Below, one piece after another: positions 34,396 through 41,827 of a stretch of DNA of 41,827 nt. The number at the start of each line of letters is the position of its first letter. Positions within the stretch are counted from its first letter, which is position 1. The stretch comes from an uncultured Acidimicrobiaceae bacterium. GTDB lineage: Bacteria > Actinomycetota > Acidimicrobiia > Acidimicrobiales > UBA10347. The notes under the pieces were generated by a model. The model was not told where the DNA came from. It was given only the letters and a program-made list of their open reading frames with translations, and did no database searches. Made by a program: the position numbers and the translations under genes. Location: the NCBI GenBank assembly GCA_964513315.1, contig CAZEMU010000003.1, forward strand, positions 32,176 to 74,002, in the 5' to 3' direction.

Positions 34396-35394
34396 CTAAC
34401 GCCCTTCGATGAGACACAGCGCGTCCCATTCGAGCTCGGCGACGCGGCGGCCGCTGGCCGCCATGATGATGTTGCGGAAGGTGCCGTCGAGGTGCTGGCG
34501 GCCCTGGCGAGCCATGCCGACACCCCACCACAACGTGCGGAAGACCTTCCACCAGTGAAAGCGCTCATCGTCCCACTCGCCGCCGCCAGCCTCGTAGCCC
34601 GCGCGTAGGTCGCTTCGATTCGCGAAGCCACCGATCTCAAGCTGGTCGTTGCGGGCCCGCCACATGCGTTGAGCGAGCCAGGCCAGATCTTCGAAACGGT
34701 CGCCGATGTGCGCGGTCTCCCAGTCGACGATGGCGCCAAGGCCGGACTCGTTCACGATGATGTTGCCGTTGCGGACGTCGCCATGGATGGGAACGGCGGC
34801 GCCCGGTGTCGGCTGATTGCGGATCATCCAGCGGAGCGTCAGCTCCAGAGCGGGGGAGCGTTGCAACAGATCAGCCAGCTCCGTCTCGGCCCATTCGATT
34901 GCAGCCTCGACCGTGTTGCCGGTCGGGCGTTCGACGTCGTCGGGGACCTCGTCGACCGGCATGTCGTGCATGCGAGCCATCGACTCGCCGATCTGATGGG
35001 CGAGGTTCGCGCCGAGGCCAGGATGAGCGCCGCAGAGTTCGATGACCTTCTTAGGGATCGTGGCACCGTTGATCTGACGGCTAATGAAGAACGGGCCGCC
35101 GAGGATCGACTCGTCTTCGCTGGCGGCGATGATTTCTGCAACGCGGACCGACGCGGCTGCGGCGTTGCGTAGCCACTGAGCTTCGCTCAACATGCTGCGT
35201 TCGAAGGCCTCGCCGGTGTTGGGCTGCTGGGTGACGCAGAACGACTCGACCGTGCCGTTGATCGTGGCGTCGAACAACACATTGATCCGGCGGGCGCCAG
35301 CAGTGACGGGAGCAAGATCCGCGACCGATACGTCGGCGTCAAGCTCGGCAGTCATATACGCGCTGAGGCGCTCGGCGGTCAGGGCCCCGGTCAT
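34396..35394 (-). CDS. APH-family phosphotransferase (ACAD10/11 kinase-domain or LvaA-like)
   Basis: LGGPFF, IHGDVRNGN, VDWETAHIGD..EDLAW. Confidence 0.88.
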   Translation of the reverse strand: MTGALTAERLSAYMTAELDADVSVADLAPVTAGARRINVLFDATINGTVESFCVTQQPNTGEAFERSMLSEAQWLRNAAAASVRVAEIIAASEDESILGGPFFISRQINGATIPKKVIELCGAHPGLGANLAHQIGESMARMHDMPVDEVPDDVERPTGNTVEAAIEWAETELADLLQRSPALELTLRWMIRNQPTPGAAVPIHGDVRNGNIIVNESGLGAIVDWETAHIGDRFEDLAWLAQRMWRARNDQLEIGGFANRSDLRAGYEAGGGEWDDERFHWWKVFRTLWWGVGMARQGRQHLDGTFRNIIMAASGRRVAELEWDALCLIEGR

Positions 35395-35765
35395 GCCACG
35401 ACTGCGTTCTCTGTCACAGCATCGTGTGCGTCATAGCCGGGCTTGTTGATCGCCAGTTTGGCTTGGACAAGCCCTTTGACTTGCGCAAAGACCACGGCGG
35501 CTTCGTCGTCATCGAGTTCGAGCAGCGACTCGGGAACCGTTGCGTTGCCGACCCGCTCGGCCAGCAGCTCGCGTTCAAGGATGCGACACAGGTTCGCTGC
35601 GACCCGCACCTGGTGTTGCGCATGGGGAGCCGTGGCGGGAAGCACGGTTGTCGTCAGCGTCTCGGCGATGATCTCGAGCAGTTCCGGCGCCGTCGGCCGG
35701 TCCGCCCGAAGGTCGACATGCTCCACAGCGTCGGGTGCCCCGTCCCGTGCGTCTCCCACGTCCAT
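35391..35765 (-). CDS. Small DUF6285-like kinase partner protein
   Basis: DRPTAPELLE, RVAANLCRILERE, KLAINKPGY; stop overlaps the kinase start codon. Confidence 0.75.
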   Translation of the reverse strand: MDVGDARDGAPDAVEHVDLRADRPTAPELLEIIAETLTTTVLPATAPHAQHQVRVAANLCRILERELLAERVGNATVPESLLELDDDEAAVVFAQVKGLVQAKLAINKPGYDAHDAVTENAVVA

Positions 35766-35800
35766 GATCGAACCTTAGGTGGCGGCGTTGATCTGGACCG

Positions 35801-37000
35801 CTAGCGGGGAATCTCGCTCCAGGGGAGTTCCTTGTCGACCCGAACATCGCCCGGCAGCCCCAGCACCCGCTCGCCGAGGATGTTGCGCATGATGTCGCTC
35901 GTGCCGCCCTCGATCGTGTTGGCCTGGCTCCGAAGGAAGGCGCCGCTGAGTTCTTGGCGGTACGAGTTGTTCTCGTCGTCTCGGGTCATCGGATAGCCCG
36001 CTTCGTGGAGCATGCCGTTTGCGCCCTCGAGCTCGATGGCCAGGTTGTAGATGCGCTGGTTCATCTCGGCCGACCACAGCTTGCCGACGGAGCCGGCAGG
36101 TCCAGCGGTACTCGTCTTCGCTTCGGCCTTGGCTCGCTGGTTCGTCCAGCGAAGAATCTCGGCTTCGGTCCACAACGAGACCACGCGATCTTGCAGCGCA
36201 GCCCGAGTCGACGGGTCGAGGTCGTCCTTGCGGAGCTTCCACGCTCGCATGAGGTCGCCGATCGGCCCCTGGCCGCGACCGCCATCGCCGCCACCGAGAG
36301 CGACACGCTCGTTCATGAGCGTGGTGATGGCAACGCGCCAGCCGTCGCCCTCGTCGCCCAGGCGCTGCGAGTCAGCGATGCGCACGTCGGTCAGGAAGAT
36401 CTCGTTGAACTCGGCTTGGCCGGTGATCTGGTACAGCGGGCGGATCTCGACGCCTTCGGCCTCCATGTCCATGATGAAGTAGCTGAGGCCTTTGTGCTTG
36501 GGCACGTCGGGGTTGGTGCGGGTGAGGAGCATGCCGTAGCGGCTGTGATGGGCCAGGCTCGTCCAGACCTTCTGCCCGTTGACGATCCACTCGTCGCCGT
36601 CTCGAATGCCGCGGCTCGGAATGCCGGCGACGTCAGAGCCGTGCGTGGGCTCGCTGAACATCTGGCACCAGATGTGCTCGCCGGTGAACATCGGACGCAG
36701 GTGGTATGCGTGCATTTCTTCGGTGCCGAACTCGAGCACCGTCGGCATGCCCATGCCGATGCCGATCGGGTTGTTGCCGAGCGTGTGGTACGGAACCTTG
36801 GCCTCTCGGAACGCCTCGTTGATGATCGCTTGCTTGCCTCGGCTCAGCCCGAGTCCACCCTTGCCCTCGGGGAAGTGGACCAGCGCCAGGCCAGCGTCGA
36901 ACTGGGCGCCGCGGAACTCGTGCATGGACAGCAAGTTGTGATCGTTCGCCTCGAGGAATGCGGCGGTGCGTTCAGCCAGCTCGGTATCGGTGATGCTCAT
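35801..37000 (-). CDS. Acyl-CoA dehydrogenase
   Basis: WCQMFSEP..GSD, NGQKVWTS, EFNEIF, TIEGGTSDIMRNILGERVLGLP. Confidence 0.94.
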   Translation of the reverse strand: MSITDTELAERTAAFLEANDHNLLSMHEFRGAQFDAGLALVHFPEGKGGLGLSRGKQAIINEAFREAKVPYHTLGNNPIGIGMGMPTVLEFGTEEMHAYHLRPMFTGEHIWCQMFSEPTHGSDVAGIPSRGIRDGDEWIVNGQKVWTSLAHHSRYGMLLTRTNPDVPKHKGLSYFIMDMEAEGVEIRPLYQITGQAEFNEIFLTDVRIADSQRLGDEGDGWRVAITTLMNERVALGGGDGGRGQGPIGDLMRAWKLRKDDLDPSTRAALQDRVVSLWTEAEILRWTNQRAKAEAKTSTAGPAGSVGKLWSAEMNQRIYNLAIELEGANGMLHEAGYPMTRDDENNSYRQELSGAFLRSQANTIEGGTSDIMRNILGERVLGLPGDVRVDKELPWSEIPR

Positions 37001-37059
37001 CGTTGCTTCTTCCTAGAACCCCGCCGGTTCGCGTTGGGGATCGGCTCGTCTGGTGCCAC

Positions 37060-37079
37060 ACTGTACGACGTCATACGAT
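37060..37079. promoter_or_regulatory. Palindromic operator overlapping divergent -10 elements (likely MarR site)
   Basis: Near-palindrome GTACGAC|GTCATAC at 37063-37076; TACGAT (+) and TACAGT (-) overlap it. Confidence 0.5.
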
Positions 37080-37098
37080 CTGGGGGCACATCGAATAC

Positions 37099-37596
37099 AT
37101 GACAAATGCAGCCGCACATGCGCTCAACACGCCGCCCTGGCAGCGCGTCGAGACGACCATGATGACCGCGGCGCGCGATATCCGGCTGGCCTACGACACC
37201 TGCTTCGAGCCGCTGGACCTGACCCTCTCGCAAGCATCGGCAATTGGTTATCTGCACGAGAACGGGCCGATGACCCAAACCCAGCTCGCCGCGGCGCTCG
37301 TGCTCGGCAAGGCCGCCACCGGCTCGCTGGTCGATCAGCTCGAAGCCCGCAACCTGCTGCAACGGGTGCCCAACCCCGACGACCGCCGTGTCTGGCTGGT
37401 TGAGAACACGGCCGCCGGCGCCGAAATGGCCGTCCGCATTGTCGACGTCGACCGCCAGCTCCGTGAACGACTGCGCGTCGGCATCACGTCGGCCGAACGT
37501 CGCCAACTCGCCGACCTGCTCCTGCGCATGTCCGCGAACGCCCAAGAAGCCCGCCTCGAGGAAATCGACGGAACCCCCGTCGAGCCTTCCCGCTGA
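37099..37596 (+). CDS. MarR family transcriptional regulator
   Basis: LTLSQ, MTQTQLA, LVDQLE, DDRRVWLVENTAAG. Confidence 0.9.
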   Translation: MTNAAAHALNTPPWQRVETTMMTAARDIRLAYDTCFEPLDLTLSQASAIGYLHENGPMTQTQLAAALVLGKAATGSLVDQLEARNLLQRVPNPDDRRVWLVENTAAGAEMAVRIVDVDRQLRERLRVGITSAERRQLADLLLRMSANAQEARLEEIDGTPVEPSR

Positions 37597-37652
37597 ACCC
37601 AATCCATGAACGAACCAACCACAAGTCACCTGACACAGGAGAACCCCCAACC

Positions 37653-38822
37653 ATGAGAGAAGCCGTCATCGTCGATGCCGTGCGCACGCCTGCGGGCAAG
37701 CGCAATGGCATGCTCCAGGATTGGCACCCAGCAGACCTGCTGGCCCACGTCCTCAAGGCCGTCGCCGAACGCAACAGCCTCGACCCTGCTGAGGTCGAAG
37801 ACGTCATCACCGGCTGCGTTATGCAGGTCGGCGAACAGGCGCTGAACATCGGCCGCAACGCGGTACTCGCCGCCGGTTGGCCCGAGTCGGTTCCTGCAAC
37901 CACCGTCGACCGCCAGTGCGGTTCGAGCCAGCAGGCCATCCACTTCGCCGCTCAGGGCGTCATGGCTGGCGCCTACGACGTCGTCGTCGCCGCTGGTGTC
38001 GAGGTCATGACCCGCACGCCAATGGGCGCAAGCGTTGTCCCGAACATGGGCTTCGCCTTCCCCGACTCGATGCAGGGTCGCTACGAAGAGACCGGCCTGC
38101 CGCCCCAGGGCGTTGGCGCCGAAATGATCGCCGATGAATACGGCATCACCCGCCGCGACCTCGACGAGTTCGGTGCTGAGTCACAGCGCCGCGCCGCCCA
38201 GGCCACCGCCGAGGGTCGCTTCGAGAACGAGATCATCCCCGTCCCCGTTCAGGTCAATGGCGAAACCGTCATGATGACCAAGGACGAAGGCATCCGCGAA
38301 GGCACCACCGCCGACTCGCTCGCCGGTCTCAAGACCCCATTCAAGGAAGACGGCAAGGTCACCGCCGGTAACGCCAGCCAGATCAGCGACGGCGCAGCCG
38401 CAGTGCTCATCATGAGCCGGGAAAAGGCCGAAGAGCTGGGCCTTAAGCCACGCGCCGTGTTCCGCCACTTCGCACTCGCCGGCACCGACCCCGTCACCAT
38501 GCTCAAGGGCCCCATCCCGGTCACCGAGAAGATCATGGACAAGTCGGGCATGTCGATCGACGACATCGACCTGTTCGAAATCAACGAAGCCTTCGCTTCG
38601 GTCGTGCTGGCCTGGCAGAAGGAAACCGGCGCGGACCTCGACAAGGTCAACGTCAACGGCGGCGCCATTGCGCTCGGCCACCCGCTTGGCTGCTCCGGCG
38701 CCAAGCTCATGACCACCCTCGTCAACGAACTCGAGCGCACTGGTGGCACGTTCGGCTACCAGGCCATGTGCGAGGGCGGCGGACTCGCGAACGGAACCAT
38801 CATCGAAAGGGTTGAAGCCTGA
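37653..38822 (+). CDS. Thiolase (acetyl-CoA C-acyltransferase)
   Basis: DRQCGSS, NEAFA, GGAIALGHPLG, MCEGGG. Confidence 0.95.
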   Translation: MREAVIVDAVRTPAGKRNGMLQDWHPADLLAHVLKAVAERNSLDPAEVEDVITGCVMQVGEQALNIGRNAVLAAGWPESVPATTVDRQCGSSQQAIHFAAQGVMAGAYDVVVAAGVEVMTRTPMGASVVPNMGFAFPDSMQGRYEETGLPPQGVGAEMIADEYGITRRDLDEFGAESQRRAAQATAEGRFENEIIPVPVQVNGETVMMTKDEGIREGTTADSLAGLKTPFKEDGKVTAGNASQISDGAAAVLIMSREKAEELGLKPRAVFRHFALAGTDPVTMLKGPIPVTEKIMDKSGMSIDDIDLFEINEAFASVVLAWQKETGADLDKVNVNGGAIALGHPLGCSGAKLMTTLVNELERTGGTFGYQAMCEGGGLANGTIIERVEA

Positions 38823-39598
38823 TGTATCGCATCGATCTCCAAGACAAGTCAGCCGTCGTCACCGGCGGCGCCAGCGGCATCGGCGAGGCTTCGGCCCGCC
38901 AGCTCGCCGCACTCGGCGCCAAGGTTGTCGTCGCTGACCTCAACGAAGAACTCGGCCAGCAGGTCGCCACCGACATTGGCGGCATGTTCGTCAAGTGCGA
39001 CGTCACTTCTGAAGAAGACGGCGCCGCCGCAGTCATGGCCGCCAACGAGATGGGCCCCATGCGCGCGCTTGTCAACTCGGCCGGCATCGGCATGGCCGGT
39101 CGCACCATCGACCGCGAGAACAACCCGATGGATCTCGGCATCTTCAAGCGTGTCGTTGAGATCAACCTCATCGGCTCGTTCAACATGTTGCGCCTGTGCG
39201 CCTCGGCGATGGCCAAGACTGATCCTGACGAAGACGGCCAGAAGGGCGCCATCGTCAACATGGCGTCCGTCGCCGCATTCGACGGCCAGATCGGCCAGAA
39301 CAGCTACTCAGCATCGAAGGGCGGCGTGGTCGGCATGACCCTGCCGATCGCTCGTGACCTGGCCGCTGCTGGCATCCGTGTGAACACGATCGCTCCCGGC
39401 CTCATCGACACGCCGATCTACGGCACCGGTGAGCAGAGCGACCAGTTCAAGGCCCACCTGGGCAAGAGCGTGCTGTTCCCGCCACGTCTCGGTTCCGGCG
39501 ACGAGCTGGCATCGATGGTCGTCGAGCTCATCACGAACCCATACATGAATGGCGAAACCATCCGCGTGGATGGCGGCATTCGGATGCCACCTAAGTAG
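38822..39598 (+). CDS. SDR, 3-hydroxyacyl-CoA dehydrogenase type 2 (HSD17B10-like)
   Basis: TGGASGIG, ASVAAFDGQIGQ, YSASK, MTLPIARDL, RVDGGIRMP. Confidence 0.92.
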   Translation: MYRIDLQDKSAVVTGGASGIGEASARQLAALGAKVVVADLNEELGQQVATDIGGMFVKCDVTSEEDGAAAVMAANEMGPMRALVNSAGIGMAGRTIDRENNPMDLGIFKRVVEINLIGSFNMLRLCASAMAKTDPDEDGQKGAIVNMASVAAFDGQIGQNSYSASKGGVVGMTLPIARDLAAAGIRVNTIAPGLIDTPIYGTGEQSDQFKAHLGKSVLFPPRLGSGDELASMVVELITNPYMNGETIRVDGGIRMPPK

Positions 39599-39627
39599 TG
39601 GGTGGCGAAGTAGTGGGTGGCGAAGTA
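39593..39627. repeat. 15-bp tandem repeat (about 2.3 copies)
   Basis: AAGTAGTGGGTGGCG x2 + AAGTA, spanning the SDR stop and ending just before the hydratase ATG. Confidence 0.85.
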
Positions 39628-40395
39628 ATGAGCGACGAAGCAGCAGAAGCTGCAGTTCTGACCGAAGCTCGCGGCCGGGTGCTCTTGATCACGCTGAATC
39701 GCCCCGATGCGATGAACGCGATCAACGGTGCGCTGTCCACGGGCCTGGTCGAGGCGATTCAGGAACTCGACTCCAACGACGCCTACACCTGTGGTGTGCT
39801 GACCGGCAACGGTCGCGGCTTCTGTGCCGGCATGGATCTCAAGGCCTTCGCGGCTGGCGAGAACATCGGCCCAATGATGACCTTCATTCGTGAGGGTTGC
39901 GAGAAGCCGTTGATCGGCGCCGTCGAGGGCTTCGCGCTCGCCGGCGGTCTCGAGCTGGCGCTCACCTGTGACCTGCTGGTCGCAGCCGAGGGCGCCAAGC
40001 TCGGCATCCGCGAGGTCAAGGTCGGCTTGTTCGCAGCTGGCGGTGGCTTGCAGCGGCTGCCGAGCCGCGTCGGTTTCGGTCGGGCGATGGAGATGGCCAT
40101 CACTGGCGATCCGATCTTGGCCGAAGAGGCCAAAGAGGTCGGCATGGTCGCCCGTGTCGCTCCCAAGGGCGAGGCAGTCGATGTCGCGCTGTCGCTGGCT
40201 GAGTCCGTAGCGGAGAACGCCCCATTGGCAGTCAAGGCCTCCAAGCAGCTCATCTGGACGGCACTCGACACCAACGAAGAGGGCTTCTACGAAGTCCAGA
40301 ACGGGCTCATGGGCTCGGTGTTCGGTTCGAACGATGCCAAGGAAGGCCCCAAGGCGTTCGCTGAAAAGCGTGCTCCGGAGTGGACCGGCACCTGA
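39628..40395 (+). CDS. Enoyl-CoA hydratase/crotonase family protein
   Basis: LNRPDAMNA, FCAGMDL, ALAGGLELAL, EVKVGL, EGPKAFAEKR. Confidence 0.93.
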   Translation: MSDEAAEAAVLTEARGRVLLITLNRPDAMNAINGALSTGLVEAIQELDSNDAYTCGVLTGNGRGFCAGMDLKAFAAGENIGPMMTFIREGCEKPLIGAVEGFALAGGLELALTCDLLVAAEGAKLGIREVKVGLFAAGGGLQRLPSRVGFGRAMEMAITGDPILAEEAKEVGMVARVAPKGEAVDVALSLAESVAENAPLAVKASKQLIWTALDTNEEGFYEVQNGLMGSVFGSNDAKEGPKAFAEKRAPEWTGT

Positions 40396-40464
40396 ACCAA
40401 TCGAGATGTTCTATCCAATGGGGTCAGACCCCTTGAGGTAGATGATCTCAAAACGCACGTGGTG

Positions 40465-40490
40465 GATGGCCGGCCTTCGGGTCGGCCATC
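40465..40490 (+). terminator. Stable UUCG-loop hairpin, probable terminator of beta-oxidation operon
   Basis: GATGGCCGGCC-TTCG-GGTCGGCCATC; no U-tract. Confidence 0.6.
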
Positions 40491-40583
40491 GCCGCGTCTC
40501 GACGCGAACTGGCGCATCTCGGTGCTGGCGGGCGTGGCGCTGCTGAATCGACACCGGTCCACGGCGGTACTCTTGCCCCAGCT

Positions 40584-41552
40584 ATGAGCACCTCCTTGGA
40601 ACTCTTGCGCGATGGCGCAGACACTGTCCCCGAAGGCGTTGCAACCGCCGTTTCGGTCGGTGCCTATGACGGCATCCACCTTGGTCACCGCAAAGTGCTG
40701 ACCACGCTGTGCGGCCTCGCTGCCGAGCGAGGTCTCGACCCAGCGGTCGTCACCTTCGACCAGCACCCGGCCGCCGTGGTGCGCCCCGAGAACGCCCCGC
40801 TGTTGCTCACCGATCACGACCAGCGGGTCGAGCTGTTCGATGACATCGGCCTGCGGTGGATGTACCTGCTGCACTTCAACGAGGAGCGCGCCGCGACGAC
40901 GAGCCGCGAGTTCGTCGAGCAGGTGCTTGTCGGCGACCTGAACGCCAAGCTCATCGTGGTCGGCACGAACTTCCACTTCGGCAAGGGCCGCAGCGGTTCG
41001 GTCGAGTCACTGGCCGAGATGGGCCAAGAACTCGGCTTCGAAGTCATTGGACTGGACCTGTTCAGCGAGGCCGACGCAGTCGAGCCGGTCTCGTCAACCG
41101 CAATCCGACGTGCGCTTGCTGGTGGCGACATCGCTGCCGTCACGGCCATGCTCGGTCGTCGCTACCAAGTGCGTGGCGATGTCATCCAGGGTGACCAGCG
41201 CGGTCGCACGATCGGATTCCCGACCGCGAACATCGCATTCGAAGATGGCCGCGCCTGGCCCGCCAAAGGGGTCTACGCCGCCTGGGCTGAGCTGGCCGAC
41301 GGTCGTCGAGTTGAGGCGGCCGTCAACATCGGCATGCGGCCGACGTTCCACCAGCACGCGGAACAGCCGCTGCTCGAAGCCCACCTGATCGACTTCGATG
41401 GCGACCTTTACGGTCAACAGCTCACCGTCGAGTTCGAGGCATTTCTCCGCTCGGAACGCCGCTTCTCGGGCATCGACGAGATTTCTGAACAGCTGAAGAA
41501 GGACGTCGAAGCTGCCCGGCTCGCGCTCGCTGCTTCTTCCGCCGACGCCTAA
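40584..41552 (+). CDS. ribF: Bifunctional riboflavin kinase/FAD synthetase
   Basis: GAYDGIHLGH, VSSTAIR, GRTIGFPTAN, NIGMRPTF, EAHL. Confidence 0.96.
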   Translation: MSTSLELLRDGADTVPEGVATAVSVGAYDGIHLGHRKVLTTLCGLAAERGLDPAVVTFDQHPAAVVRPENAPLLLTDHDQRVELFDDIGLRWMYLLHFNEERAATTSREFVEQVLVGDLNAKLIVVGTNFHFGKGRSGSVESLAEMGQELGFEVIGLDLFSEADAVEPVSSTAIRRALAGGDIAAVTAMLGRRYQVRGDVIQGDQRGRTIGFPTANIAFEDGRAWPAKGVYAAWAELADGRRVEAAVNIGMRPTFHQHAEQPLLEAHLIDFDGDLYGQQLTVEFEAFLRSERRFSGIDEISEQLKKDVEAARLALAASSADA

Positions 41553-41592
41553 CGACAAGAGCCGAAAGCCTGGACCCATGGAGAGGACCGAG

Positions 41593-41827
41593 ATGTTCAC
41601 TGGAATCGTCGAAGAACTTGGATCGATCGCTTCGATCGAGGGGCATCGCGTACGAATCAACGCGACCAAGGTGCTCGAGGACGTCCAGATGGGCGACTCG
41701 ACTGCGGTCAACGGTTGCTGCCTCACGGTCGTTGCGTGGGGTGATGACTGGTGGGAAGCCGATGTCTCCGACGAGACCTTCGCCCGCACGAACCTCGGCG
41801 ACCTCTCACCTGGCGACACGGTCAACC
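41593..41827 (+). CDS. ribE: Riboflavin synthase (alpha chain), 3'-truncated by window edge
   Basis: MFTGIVEELG N-terminus, GDSTAVNGCCLTV, ETFARTNL; GAGGA RBS. Confidence 0.95.
   Translation, partial: MFTGIVEELGSIASIEGHRVRINATKVLEDVQMGDSTAVNGCCLTVVAWGDDWWEADVSDETFARTNLGDLSPGDTVN

Noticed and set aside
40396-40583. FMN riboswitch ahead of ribF and riboflavin synthase
   Set aside because: No recognisable RFN consensus segments; only simple hairpins

Overview
High-GC actinobacterial chromosomal segment, probably Acidimicrobiia-like. This is inferred from a bL37 gene, an actinobacterial LexA box, a DUF222-HNH gene, an LAxTG sorting signal and many leaderless genes. Most of the window is housekeeping or catabolic: partial NorD/CbbO-type VWA protein, thioredoxin, BVMO, acyl-CoA synthetase, amidohydrolase, infC-rpmI-rplT-TrmH, an orphan Mo-hydroxylase large subunit, CoA-transferase, P-II, ferredoxin/reductase, pepN, nucleoside salvage genes, a MarR-linked beta-oxidation cluster, ribF and partial riboflavin synthase. 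The standout is a gene the ORF track splits (9968..10675, minus strand). It is one MerB (organomercury lyase)-like frame with two in-frame UGA codons at the positions of the two catalytic cysteines, each followed by a SECIS-like hairpin, so it is a candidate double-selenocysteine lyase outside any mer operon. Next to it is a DUF222-HNH gene with an SOS box inside its promoter and a long structured leader. Also missed by the track: bL37 (28 aa), a 58-aa membrane peptide and a likely ATA start for infC. All family calls come from motif recognition by eye; no searches were run.
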